Source of the DNA: Oikopleura dioica
Lineage: Eukaryota > Animalia > Chordata
Assembly: GCA_907165135.1 (NCBI GenBank)
Contig: OU015570.1
Span: 434,001 to 498,000, forward strand
Reading direction: 5' to 3'
Length of the DNA: 64,000 bases
Shown here one piece after another: positions 37,720 through 50,502 of the stretch. A model generated the notes under the pieces. It was not told the DNA's origin. It made no database searches and saw only the letters and a program-made list of their open reading frames with translations. Positions within the stretch are counted from its first letter, which is position 1; each line of letters opens with the position of its first letter. Made by a program: the position numbers and the translations under genes.

Positions 37720-39522
37720 TAACGATACTTCTTTTGGCCTCAGAAATAAGTTACGAGTCAGTACCTCGATTCAGGACCGGGTTTTTATATTTTACAATTG
37801 ACATTGTCATTTTTCGCTTGAGTACAATTATTTGAAAAACCCAAAAAGGCTTACGTGAATCGTAATGTGACGTTGCCCAAGTTTGTGGACATTTTTCGAA
37901 AATTTTGGGACAAAAAATGTCCACAAAAGAGGAAAAGAACTGTATGTCTTCGATTCCAAATGATCACAAAAAAAGAATCGCGCACGAGAAGCTTGAAAAA
38001 TCTGACAAAAGAAGCTGAAGAAATCTTCAGAATTTATCTGGTCAGAAAAATAAATTCGAATCAGAGTTGCAAATTTTGCTTTATCTTTGCTGAGCTGAGA
38101 AATTTACTTGACTAAAACACTTTCAAAATTGAATGAAATCTCATTTGATGCATATTCATATAAATTTGATTTGTTTGCATAAAATTTGAGTTGATGGCTA
38201 TCTCTTATCCGCATTTCTCGGCAGGTTATGGGCTCTTTCTTTATTCAGATTCAATCAACTGGTCAAGGCAAGCTTTTATAGGTCAAGAACAACCGCCGCG
38301 GCCCGGCGTGAGCGCGTGTTCTAAATATGACGTAAGCGCTCTATGTCTAATTTTCAAATACAAATATCTCGAAAACTAGAATAGATATGGTCGATCTGAA
38401 AATAGATTTGGAATCAGGAGATCAAAATTAGTCTAGTAGCTCTGATGTGTTCCGTACCGGTCCACATGATCCGTCAAAGCCCCTGCGCATTTTTCGCGCT
38501 CCCTTTCCAGTCCATCTTCATTTTTACTATTTTTACTCCCAAATTACGCTTCTCACTTCCTTTCACACGGTGCGCGCGCCAGCTTGATGTTGTCCCTTGC
38601 ACCGTGATTGATGCCCAAAGTTGTCTCCCTCAAATCAGTTACAACCTCATATTATCTGCCCTTTTCTCCAAATAAATAACCATTTGACAAAACCATTTCT
38701 TGTTCGTTGACGGAGCAGACCGGTTCGATACACGTCAGCTTATTTTTGTTGATTCTCGAGATGGACCCCGAATCGTTGGGGACACCCTTAACTCGTCTAT
38801 CATATAGACAGGAACTTAAGATCTGCGCAGATGAATCGCTTGACTCACACGTCGCAAACAGTGCTTTGTTTTAAGCATGGAGGAGAGCGCTCCGCGCAGC
38901 GCGTTCAATCACATTTTTATCCTGAAAAGTCACCACATGGCGCTGGAATGAAGATTTTAGCAGAAATCAAATTCTTTCATTTCTGCAATTGAAAGGAATA
39001 TTTACAAGATAAGCTTGTTTTCTGATGTTTTAAGAAAACTGTTTTCTGGCTGGGCGGGAGAATAATTCTGTGGACAGAACTTTTCTGTGGAAACAGAACT
39101 ATTCTTTGAAAAAACAGAACTATTCTGTGTCGAGCTTAGCAAAATTCACTTTGATAATGTCGTAGATAGCTTATAAGGGTGTAGGGCGGCTACGTTCGAA
39201 ATTTCGAACGCCGTTCGAGATTTTTCTGAAATTGCATATAAAAAGAACTCATATGCGCTGCGCGCCTAATTTGTAAGAAAACTCTCCAATAATGATGCCA
39301 ACTTCCTTTACTTACACGATTTCAATGGTTTCAGCTCATATTTTGGTAAAGATTTTTTGGAAATTTCGAACGCCGTTCGAATAATGGGCCCAAAAACCGA
39401 TTTCGAACATAGCCGCCCTTTCTTTCTGGCTCCTTTTCCTTTTCTGGCTGTAATCTCTTTGAGCAGCTTTCAACTTACGAGACTACGTTTACCAATAATT
39501 GTATTGAGTCCTATCATCGCAG

Positions 39523-39829
39523 CTTGAATGAAAGTTCAGGCTCGGGAAAAAATACAATTGCAAAACTTTGTGTTTCTGTGAAGAAAGCCCAAAGACATAC
39601 ACGGATGGCATATTTGAACGGCGAGTTCAATTCACGCGATAAAGTCGCAGTTGCCAAGCATGTCAATCTTCAGGGATTTCACTATCAGCTTACCCTTCTT
39701 GATCCTGACTTTGTTAAACTCCATTCTCTTGACATTGCTCTGAAACTTGGTGACATTATGACTCCTCTTACTGCGAAAAACAAAAAATACCACTGCAACT
39801 TTTCCACTTTCGAACTGCCATCAAACTAA
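39523..39829 (+). CDS. Candidate exon, unknown protein
   Basis: ATCGCAG acceptor; about 100 open codons of non-repetitive sequence; 3' edge uncertain. Confidence 0.4.
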
Positions 39830-40613
39830 AAATATCAAAAAAATAAACTTCAAACAAAAAAAACTAGTGTCAGATTTGAATTCTTCGCATTTTTTTACCC
39901 TAGAGTAGATTTGAAAAGAAAAACAACTCATCGAATGTTTTAGGTCTAGAAAAAATCTTTGTTGATTTGGGCGACTTATTTATCTCACACTGGGTTACTT
40001 CCCTACAATTGCAAGTGTCTTGTCTCCTACCGCGTTACTTGCGAGTGCCTCAGCTGATCGACCTCGCGCCCCTCGCGCGCCTTCTTTGGAACTCACTCTG
40101 GGTTTGGCCTGGAGAGGTTCCTAATATCCCCACCCGCTTATAATACTTTGGAACTCATGTCTTATAATTGAAAAGGATTCATTTCAGTCGGTCTTCGAAT
40201 CTTGAAGCCAAAAACAATCTATAAAAATGATAGTTTGTTAACAGAAGCTGAACCGAAGAAGCTATGAAGCACGCTACGGGCCAACGGCCCTTGTGCGCAT
40301 TTTCTGATAGAGAGTTCATTGGGTTGGCAGGGGCAGTCTTTTTCTACCGCTGGGACTCATTTTTGGCACAAAACAACTTCTGCATTCGCAGAATAATAGT
40401 TGTTTTCGCCAAAAAAAATTTTTTTTCACAGAATTATTCTCCCGGTTAGAGGGGTGTTATCGTGAGAATAATTCTGTTTTTCACAGAATAGTTCTGTGCA
40501 CAGAATTATTCTCCCGGTTGCCCCTGTTTTCTGTTTCGAAATTCGAGCTTTAAAATCCGGATATCTTTGGCAATTTTCGAGTCAAACAACGGTTTTGTAA
40601 ATTTGATTTTTAG

Positions 40614-40750
40614 AAATGCAACATCCATGCTCAACGACATTGAAGAAATCGTTAATCAACTTGATCTTCCAAAAAATAAAAGAATTGACGTTATACAAGG
40701 GGTAAAAAATAACGATGAAAATCCTGCAGACATAGACAATCCTTTCAAAG
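40614..40750 (+). CDS. Candidate short exon
   Basis: TTTTTAG acceptor; NATSMLNDIEEIVNQLDLPK...NPFK; possible AAG/GAAAGT donor. Confidence 0.35.
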
Positions 40751-42125
40751 GAAAGTTTACGAATTGTTACCTTTTTTTGTTCTGGAACGGTGAGACAAAA
40801 ATTTTCGTAACCCATTAGTAATGGGCCATTACCAATTTTTGTTAGTTTATTTTCAATTTATTTTGATTTTTTCACCAAGTAGATGAAAAAAACACACCAC
40901 AAAATGGTGGTTTTATACTGAAGTAATTGGAACACGGGAATCAATCTCGAACAAATTTATTAGCCCTGATAGGTGCGAGCATAAAGATAGTTAAATATAT
41001 ATGATGCTAGACCTGTGAAGAGGTGACCTACGGTTCGTCAGGAAATGCCCCAGAGCAACGGTTCGTCAGGAAAAAGAATACCTTCCTGACTAACCGTAGG
41101 TCATTTTTCGGTCATTCCTAGAACGGTCCCATAGTCTATGGGCCATAGATGTTGTTTTTTGCCCCGTATGGGTTAGCAAGAAGAAAAGGCAGGAGAAAAT
41201 TTTCAAATCTTACTGCCCCTAACAGCGGGGCTTCGCCCCTTAGGTCCTTAAATGCCGGGGTCTAGTCAAGGGTAACTTAGGGTTACCTTCAGTAACCCTA
41301 ACTAACCCTAGCCTATCCCCCTCGAGTAAATTTGTTCTGTCATTTTTCCCGGTGTCCCTATTCCTTACCGTAATTTAACCAGAAGTAACAATCGTGAAGC
41401 GCTCTGTTTGTGTACCAAATAGGGTTGGAAAACAAGAGAGCACATTTGCGCTCCGCACCTGTCTTGTAGAAAACTATGAAAAAAATATGTCAGTCAATCA
41501 ACAAAACTACGGAAAATATGTTCAAAAAAGTCTTCACGATACATTTCAGAAATGGACTAACTAGGAGAAAAGTCTCCTCGTGACCGCATATCACCTCTAA
41601 AACTTGATAAATAATCGAGTTTCTAGAACGATATCCTCTCAACTACGGTTCGTCAGGAAAAAAAAAACCTTCCTGACGAACCGTGGTTTTCCTGACGAAC
41701 CGTAGGTAACCGCTGTGAAGTCAGGGAAGAGAATGATAATATTTTAGAGAGACAGTCGTTTTTATAGTAAAGTTATAGTCAGGCTCCGCGCTTTAAAAAT
41801 CGGGTCGAAAAACACGTGATATCACGTGTTTTGACCATTAAATATAAATAATATGACTATAAAGAACATTTCGTTCCATTTCGTTAACAATTTTATTTTT
41901 TGTCTTCCATCAATTTGTTTTCCACCAGGGAGGTCTGCCGGCCATAACCGACCCGAAAAGGCCAATTTTCAAAATAAGAGTAAAGATATTCAAATGAAAG
42001 TTAAAATTAGTCTTCCACCAATTTGTTTTCAACTACAGGGGTCCTCCAAGGGGTCCTCCGGCCGAATTCGACCATAACCGGCCGATAATTGAAAGTTAAA
42101 TCGGGTTTTAAATTACAGTGAAACC

Positions 42126-42481
42126 GGGAACCCTCGACTCGCCAGGATTTCCTCGACTCGCCGGGACTTTGCATATTTTTTCCGGGCGAGTCGAGAGATT
42201 GCTAGAATCACCAATTATACCCATTTTTACCGCTCAAATATTTTATATTCTTAATCATTCCATATCAAATATTTCCCCAAGAAAGGGTTAAGTAGAGGTT
42301 ATAGACTATAACTTATAGTTTGGGTTTTTGGTTAGGTTTAGGGTAAGTATTAAGGTATTTTGCTGAGCGATTAGGGATATCGCTAGGGTTGGTGACCCTT
42401 GACTCGCCGGGATTCTGTCTGCTTTGTTTTTCCCGGCGAGTCGAGGGTCAGGCGAAATTCCCGGCGAGTCGAGGGTCTCCC
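42126..42481. mobile_element. GGG-ended MITE (family C, MULE-like) inserted into the TIR of a pogo family B copy
   Basis: GGGA(G)ACCCTCGACTCGCC termini; AGTGAAACC duplicated (42117-42125, 42482-42490). Confidence 0.8.
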
Positions 42482-42697
42482 AGTGAAACCCTAACTTAAG
42501 GCCAAGCACTTTAAGGCCTCTTTTTGAAAAATCCCCGAAATCTGTCATCCGAAAAATCCAACTTAAGGATATACGGTATATCATATACCCGATAAAATTG
42601 AACTTTCATAGCGCCTAAATACGAAGTCGGATCATTTATATTTTAAAAGCATTCCTACTTAAAATTGTGCGTTTAATTAAATTCTGGTACTTTTTAA

Positions 42698-43118
42698 CCG
42701 TAGCTCGAGCACTTGCGATCACCCATTCTCGGACGCGAGCACACTTTTGAGCTCGGCCTCTAGAGAAAATTTAAGCAAATCTAACCAATTACAATGCATT
42801 ATTTTCTTTCAAGAGGCTTCTCCTGCTGTTTTCCACGTCTCAGAGACGACATTTCAGCCCCGTCTAGAGAGAAAATATCTCTTTTTACTCAAATTCGTTA
42901 CATAAAAGGCCATCTAGAGACAAAAATTCGCAATTTTACGGACATTTTTACGTTTTAATCGTAAAGCGATTGATAATTTGTTAAAAAACTGGTTGTAAAC
43001 GTAAAAATAGCCAACGGTTCTAAGTTTTTTGAATTTTTCGATTACCTCAAAAATTGAAGAAAATCGTAATACAACAACTGTCGCGAGCTCAGAAAGTGTG
43101 CTCGCGCTCGAGATACGG
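42698..43118. mobile_element. piggyBac-type MITE
   Basis: TTAA-CCGTA(G/T)CTCGAGC termini with further internal inverted similarity. Confidence 0.7.
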
Positions 43119-43633
43119 TTAAGAAATTTTTATTTCAATTTTCCTCTCGAGAGCGATTTGAATACGAACTCTCTCGATTTCTCGAAATTTTTCAACAAAA
43201 TCGCTAAAACTGAACCGTATTCTGTATTGATTCAAGCAAAAATTTAGCCGGTTATCCGTTAAGCAATTGATAAACCCCTCTGTAATAGTTAAGATCTAAG
43301 ACAGATCTAATCAATGAATCATTGACAATGAGCCCATATGAACTCTCGGTCGTCTTCAATCAGAAGTATTGCCGGATAATCCTTGTTGTTTCTAACAATC
43401 TCTTTATTTTCATAAAAATAATATTCTCCATTTTTCATTTTTGGTTTTTGTTAATTTCAAAATATCCAGCTCTGCTGCGCAGTGACAAATTTGAAGGCGA
43501 AACCCGTTTTGGAATTTCGATAAGAATTATTCACCCTTTCATATTGTGGCGGACGATAGGAATTACGATAAAGCGGAAAAGAAATCAGGATCTTTTCGAA
43601 CGAAAACAACCCCGACGAATAGGCGTATTAATG

Positions 43634-44101
43634 GAGTGGTCTCCGTTTGCCCAAGTCGCCGTTTGCCCAAGTCGCCGTTTGCCCAAATCGCCGTTTGCCA
43701 AACTTGGGGAAACGGAGATCTTGGACGTTCTTGGACGTCAATCCCGATTTCTCCATCGTCAATCCCGACTTCTACAACGTCGATCCCGGCTTCATCCATC
43801 TCAATCTCGGCTTTTTCAACGCCAATTTTATCCAGAAGAAGCCATGATCGAAATTCGAGAAGCGATGATTGACGACTGAGAAGCCGGGATTGACGCTGGA
43901 GATGCCAGGATTCAAGTTTGAGCCACCAAGATTGACGTCTAAAAAGCTAGGATCGAAGTTTTTGGAGTTAGTAAAGCCGGGATTGACTGTGAAGAAGCCA
44001 ATGAAAGTTATATGATCGCCGTTTCCCCAAGTTGGGCAAACGGAGATCTTGGGCAAACGGCGACTTGGGCAGATGGCGACTTGGGCAAACGGAGACCACT
44101 C
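43634..44101. mobile_element. Mutator-like (MULE) MITE with long TIRs
   Basis: TIR GAGTGGTCTCCGTTTGCCCAAGTCGCC; perfect 9-bp TSD GTATTAATG (43625-43633, 44102-44110). Related internal sequence at about 45790-46110 and 53900-54280. Confidence 0.88.
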
Positions 44102-44384
44102 GTATTAATGATCACTCATTTGTCGTCTTTAGTTTTTGGACCCCGACGAATTGGTGCATTTTTATCTTCAATCTGTCGGGAATCCCCCGGGATTGACCCC
44201 GACGAATGACTGTTATTTCACCGTTTATTTGACGGGGCGACCCCGACGAATTACCACAGACTACGAGCAATCATTCACAAGTTCCGAGTTATTCAGAGCT
44301 CAAGTTGGGGAAATCGAAGATAGCCTTAATATCGTTTTTCATAGATTGTTTGAAATTGTTTCATTAATTCGATGCGAGTGTTTT

Positions 44385-44876
44385 TGGGGCAAGGCGAGAG
44401 CCCATTGAGCAAACAAATTTTTGTAATAGCCTTATTGGTTGGAAAAATAGGTAAACTTATGTGAAACTTAAACAAGAGTAGATCGAAAGACTTCTTTTAG
44501 TGGATTGGTAATAACTTTTAGTTCCTTCTACTGAAGGAGCTCTGGTTCGTCGAAGAGTGAGGTGAGCGTCTTTTGAAAAATTGCTCCGAAGGAATTCAAA
44601 TTCGAAATTGTTAATATGGGGCTTAAATTTGTGGAAGGGTGATACGTCAATTTTCGGGAATGTTTGAGAAAAATGAAACGGATTGCTGATGAGTAATGAT
44701 GTTTCCATGGACTTTCTAACTCAAACACCCTTCGCGATCGATATATCTGAGTGGATTTTTGTAAAGAATATCAATGATGACTCTTAAAGCGTTTATATTG
44801 TCAAGTGAAGGATACATTTTCTTGATGTTTGCACTCCAAATAGAATGTATAGATGAAATTAAAGATGAGATATTAG
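44385..44876 (-). pseudogene. Old Penelope RT fragment related to PLE-1
   Basis: HSIWSANIKKMYPSLDN...IDILYKNPLRY and EVFRSTLV...GYYK...CSMGSRLAP align with PLE-1; contains stops and frameshifts. Confidence 0.8.
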
Positions 44877-44878
44877 TA

Positions 44879-45430
44879 GGGGGTGCACAGTGGGAAAATC
44901 GATTTTTTTATCATCCTCTTATAGGGATGAATGAATCATCAAAATTTTTTTTTCAAATTTTTTTTCTCCGACCTTGAATACATATTCAGTCCAAAAATCA
45001 AGACCCTCAGACTGATCGATAGAAAACCCCTAAATTTTATATCAACACCCTATGAATGATACATCGATGGAAAGCCTAACATCCACTGATCATTTTAACA
45101 TGCGACTTGGGGTCATCAAAGGTCACGTGAGGTCACCTAAGGTCAAAATGCGATTTTTCTCAAACCCGATATATATAAGGGTTTTAATGCATAAAATTGG
45201 TCGCTGAAGAACACTGATCAAATTTATCGTCATAAAGACTTGAAAGCGCTTGATCTGCTCTTTTATATGCTGGAAAATTACGAGGTAACCTTTTGGCACT
45301 TTTTTTTTACAGGCAAAAGTATGTTGAATCAACGCTTGTCACGTGATTTTAGGGGTGATCATGTGCTTTTTTGGGTTTCTCGTAATGAAATAAAATGATC
45401 CTTAGATGAAAGCGGATCTTTTTGAGCGGT
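44879..45430. mobile_element. Family A MITE (GGGGGTGCACAGTGGGAAAATCG end)
   Basis: TA before the terminus; other ends at 14247 and 16162; the right part is the reverse complement of the 14247 copy. Right boundary approximate. Confidence 0.65.
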
Positions 45431-46912
45431 TATAAATTATAACTTACCGTTGCGCTCTCACTTTTTAGGCGGTGAAAAATCTGGGTCTGAAGCCCTCTCA
45501 GACCGAGATTTAGCGCGAGGCGTGTATTTTCTGAGACGTATAACACCTACTACACTCCCCGCAGATCAGAGCTTTGCCGAGCGCGCGCCAATCAGAGCGC
45601 GGAGTGAAATAAGCGCCCTCACTCGGAAATATAATCAAGAATCAAAGTTTATTAAAATAAACGGTTTTTTTTACAGTATTGATGAATTAAAAACTTTAAA
45701 AGGCGGTTATTTTTAATAATTAATAATAATATAGTTACATATAATATAGTTTAAATAAATTCATCGATTATTAAACTAAATTTTATTGGCTTTTCCACGC
45801 TCAATCCCGGCTTCACCCACTTCAATCTTTGCTTCAACAACTTCGATCCTAGCTTTACAGACGTCAATGCTGGTCGCTCCAGCGTCAATCCCGGCTTCTT
45901 AAGATCAGATCCGGGCGTCACTTTCTTCAATCCTAGCTTCTCAGATGCCAGTCCCGGCTTTTCAGTTGTCTATTATTGCTTCTTGAATAATGATCATGGC
46001 TTCTCCATGATATAATTGAGGTTGGAAAAGCCGAAATTGAAACTGATGAAGCTGGGATTGACGCTGAAAAAGTCGGGATTGACGTCAAAGAACCCGGGAT
46101 CGACATAGGAAAGTCGGTAGAATCGGTAGAATCCTGGCTATTTGAGAAACTCAGGATTTTGAATAATCCAGGATTTGAGAAATGCGGGATTTTGGGAAAT
46201 GCGGGAGCAGAAAAAAGAATAGGGTTGGAAATTCAAGCGGCTAAGAGTGGGACTCGGCTCGGGCAAGACTAGGCAAGACTCTAGGCCAGACTGATCTCTC
46301 CCCTATCCGGAGGCCTGAGGTTGCGGGGCATGCTCGGCAGCGCCGGGGGTCTACCCGACCGCATTGCACACTCCTCCACACTCACCCCCCAGATAGTTGA
46401 GATTGTGTTTATTTTGAAAATTTAACAGAATAATAATAATTGAACAGTGATTTTTTGTGAAAGATAAATTTTACATTATTTAAAAATGACTGAACAGAGT
46501 GAAGTTAATTTTTAAAATCAAATTTAAGAAATAATAAGCAAACTCACAAAATGATAAAAAGAGTAAACAGTAAGAAATTAAAACAAATTACTCAAAGTAA
46601 TATTGACTCACTGCGCGGCGCGGCCAACTGATAAGGCACCGCGCCTTCTCCGACTCTCCTTTTTCACAATAAAACAGTTTTTTCATAAGTTTGTACAGAG
46701 AATAAGTAATAAAGTGTTAAATATTAATGAAGGTAATATAAAATAAAGAGAAATGCATATTCAACCGGCCAGAATTTTTAATCATTTTAAAAATGTTATG
46801 TTAATATTCTTCGATTTATAATTTATATTTGAAACAAAAAAAAATAATTAATTTAAATTAAACAAGCATATTACTCATTTTTACTAACAAAATTAATCAT
46901 TCTTATCACTAT

Positions 46913-47150
46913 CATACTAACGATGCGGCGCCGAGAGCGAAGGGAATGCGATCATTTTCCAACGCGATCACCGGTCAGTCGCTTAATTATTCATCTCTTT
47001 TTCATTATACAATTATTCCTATCATCATAACTCACACGAATAATCATCCTCATCCTTTTCATACTAACTGTGGCGCCGAGAGGTCTCTACTGTCATTTGA
47101 CGTCCCGAAAGGGTTCCGAAAGGAGGTGAGGTCGATCACCGGTTAGTCAC
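46913..47150 (+). other. Two copies of an unassigned structured motif (46925-46982, 47070-47150), each preceded by CATACTAAC
   Basis: Consensus GYGGC-GCCG-AGA-[variable stem]-GATCAC-CGGT-YA-GTCRC; compensatory C-G/T-A pair; G.U pairs; GAAA tetraloops in copy 2. Confidence 0.6.
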
Positions 47151-48119
47151 CTAATAATTCATTTTTCTAACTTGATTACTCATCTTTAAAATATATATCA
47201 AGTAAAAACAACAAATATATCTATTTCTATACTTAAATATAATAAAAAATGGACAAAAATCGATGTTACCAATTTTTTGGTCGTTGTGCGCGAGCGGGTT
47301 AAAATTTCAAAAATTATCTCAGAGGCTCAAATTTATTATAGTAAAACAATTTAAAGATTTTAATTTTCATTAATGCGCGTGAGTTCGTAAATAAAAGACG
47401 AAAAGCTTTCTCGGGCGAACAACTACGCCTCTCCTTCCCTGTTGTTATAAAATGAAAAAAATTATAAAATTTAAAACATAACTAATGAAAATATTTATAA
47501 CCAGAATAAATTTGAATTAAATTGAAATTTGTCAAAAAAAATTTTTATGAAAATTTGACTCTTTATTATCGAATGAAAGATTTTCATCTTTTCTTGAACC
47601 CAAAATAATTCTTTAATTCTCCGCTAAATTTAAATGCGATAATAAAGATGAATTAAACAGCTATTTAGAATCAAAAATATTCAATTTAATTATACTATGT
47701 AAAATTATTATTTTTATTCATTCTACTAACAAAAATTTCATCGCTATTACTCATCGTTTGCGTTAAAATTTTAAAACATAAAGGAGCATGAAATATTCTA
47801 TCCATTCTAATTTTTTTTTGTTTTATTGGCCATTGCTATCTAAAAAGAAACTTTTTGTTTCAAAATAATATCCCTATAATTTTGGCGGTTGAAAATGATT
47901 ATATCTAGTCAAATCCTACATAAGAAAAGATTCTAAACTCAATGAAATAAAGGTTAAATATCCATCGAAAGTACTGTAACAAATTCTTTACTCAACAAAA
48001 AAGGTAAAACAGTCATTATAAGCAAAATAATCAATTGAGAATTTCAAAAGTTTGATACAAATATAGCTTAACGCGAAATCGCCGGTAAAATAGTTTTCAG
48101 TCTTAGCTTTTTCATTTTT

Positions 48120-49200
48120 TTGCATTGTTCGTTGTACTTGCTGTTTGTCGTCATGTCGTATAAGTTATCGTGTCGTGCTCCAAGAAAAAATCGAGTAGAG
48201 TAATCCAATCCAATTTCTTCGTCTCTTCGAATAAAGTATCATGTCAAGGTCGTAACCATGTTGTAGAAATAATCCATTTATGTTGTATAATCCAATTATG
48301 GTTTGTTTCTTTTTCTGTTTGTTACTCTACCTGCACGCTCTGCAGGCTGATCTCAGGAGATTGGGATGCGGCTTCTTCCAAAATTGTCCCTGGACCACTC
48401 GAGAAATTGTCCGTTTCCTGTTTAAGTTGCGCCAAGGTCACGGTTGTCAGGAAAACGTCGAAAACATATTCTCGTTATGTGGATGTAGATTGCCTTTACG
48501 AAATGTTGACGCTGTACACATTTTCTTCGTCAAAGGAAAAATACTTTTACCACATAACCGGTATGTACCAGCTCTGTACCATACCCTTCAGCGACTAAGT
48601 GCCTGGCCTCGGCATTCCTTGCATCCCATGCATCTCTTCTTACAACCCTTCCCTCTAAGGTCTTCCAGGGCTGTTCTAGGGTGAGAGTGCCGTCGCTGGT
48701 CGTCCTTTTCTCTCTAAGGACGGGAAAGCTTTCCTCCTATGTGCTTCTTCTTCAACAACTTCTTCATCATCGTATCTTCTTTGTTTCTATGTTTTCGATT
48801 ATCTTCATCGTGTTCTTCATCAATTACATTTCCCGTGTGTTCTTGTCATGTCTGATAGTGCACTTCTACCGTGCTTCTTCTCCTAATGTCTAAGTTATCT
48901 TCTGTCTGAAAGTCAGGATATTCATTTTGAATGTGATAAGTGACGACATTTAAGCAGTCGGCGTCCCGACCAATGTCGAGGTTCCCATGTGTTTGTATCG
49001 TGTCTTCTGTGTCTATGAGAAATGATTTGATCAATCTATGGCGGTTTCGATGAATGACGGTAATGTAGCTCAGTAGGTCTGTCAGTCAACTCCCATGTCT
49101 GGTGTGAACAGTCTTCAAGACAGAATATTCCATTCACATAATTCTTATCTGATACGTCTTATCTGAGAATCGTCCTCATCGTCATTGATTGAAAATATGT
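48120..49200 (-). pseudogene. Decayed coding-like segment inside the LTR element (possibly gag-like)
   Basis: Coding-like composition with basic and Cys-rich stretches but many stops; no diagnostic motif intact. Confidence 0.25.
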
Positions 49201-50013
49201 GCTTCGGTGTGCGTTTAGTAATTTCGAAATTCTTTTAATCTTCTTCGCAGCGTCATAAATTTATATCCAAGTACTTTTCTCCATTTTTTCAGCATTTCAG
49301 CAAGCGATTGCGAATTTCTTAATTTCGGCGTTTTAAAGTTTCAAGCGTCCAATAAAAATCCATTGAAATTTTCAAGTCTTCAGCATTCCAAATCATAGAG
49401 CAAATCCAGGTAATAAAATCCACGGGTCACCATAATTTCCAAAATTCAGCTTCTTGTCCCCATAATTAAGCGGGGTTTCAACGAATCAACGAATTCTTTA
49501 AGGAAATTCCAATAACTGTAGATAAATTGCTAGACATATTTCTTCTCAAAAGAAAATTTGAGTGTTTATTCCTCTCAGCGATAGAAAATCTTCGTTGTAG
49601 CGGCTTTTCCATTAAATCTGGCGCAAAGCAAAAATTCATCGAATCAACGAACCAAAGAATAAAAATATTGTCAACGAGCAAGTTCCATTTTAAATTTTCT
49701 GTCCCCATAATGTTGATAAGAATCAGCTGGCGGGGCTTCAATTGAGAAAATCCATTAAAATGATCACAAACATCAGTAGACAAATTTCCAAATCGTTAAG
49801 CAAAAATTATTAAAGTTCCAAATTGGCAATATCATCTCTAATCCAAAATTCTTCTTAGAACCAAATTCTTACTGTTTAAAGCGGCGGCAATAATATCCAG
49901 AAAATTTCAGCTTTCCAAAAGTTGTTAGGCAGCGAGCGGAGCATATTCTCTTTTAGCGGCATCGGATAAAAATTTTTCTCTTCCAATCCCCCGGTGACAT
50001 GAAGCTTCGACAA

Positions 50014-50028
50014 CCGCTTCAGTCACCA
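50014..50028 (-). promoter_or_regulatory. Primer-binding site (tRNA-Leu-like, inferred)
   Basis: Complement of ...CCGCUUCAGUCACCA; starts with TGG; resembles the TGGTGTCAGAAGTGG Leu-type PBS at 12 of 15 positions. Confidence 0.7.
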
Positions 50029-50502
50029 GTAAGAGTGGGACTCGGCTCGGGCAAGACTAGGCAAGACTCTAGGCCAGACTGATCTCTCCCCTATCCGGAG
50101 GCCTGAGGTTGCGGGGCATGCTCGGCAGCGCCGGGGTCTACCCGACCGCATTGCACACTCCTCCACACGGCGAGAAGGAAAAAAATTTGGCGAGAAAAAA
50201 GCAGTCAAAATCGCGTAAATGAAGATCCATTTTCGTGTAAATGAACCAAAAATAGGCACTACCCATTTTAATAATTCTAATTATTTCACCCCAAAATCTC
50301 ATTTAAATCAATTAATTTAAGGCTCAACAGTGTCCGTGCGAGACCAATTTTAGCCAAAACCGTGGGGAGCTCTTAAAAGAAAAATAAAAAAAGACCATAA
50401 GTCTTTTTAAAACTGGGACAATTCGAATTTAATAAATGATGGGTGAGGGCGGGGTTGGGGACTTAACTGAGATTGATCACCTCAGAGTTCTTAGCCATTG
50501 CT

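Larger units (their letters stand above)
46242..50167 (-). mobile_element. Non-autonomous LTR retroelement (3926 bp)
   Basis: LTRs 46242-46380 and 50030-50167 differ by one G; 4-bp TSD CGGC (46238-46241, 50168-50171); PBS TGGTGACTGAAGCGG one nt after the 5' LTR; GGGGGGTGAG PPT before the 3' LTR; no RT or integrase ORF. Confidence 0.88.

Noticed and set aside
38715-38755. Hammerhead-like string on the minus strand (CTGACG...GAACCGGTC)
   Set aside because: Core is incomplete (no GAAA, no stem II, poor stem I).
39524-39553. P-loop in ESSGSGKNT
   Set aside because: Lacks the first glycine and the S/T of GxxxxGK[ST].
44260-44393. Plausible plus-strand exon (YEQSFTSSELF...CECFWGK, GC donor)
   Set aside because: Its 3' part overlaps the antisense Penelope RT fragment and its 5' flank is a repeat; not supportable without cDNA.
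46361-46374. CATTGCAC resembling the U1 snRNA loop II
   Set aside because: No other U1 features; the sequence is part of an LTR.
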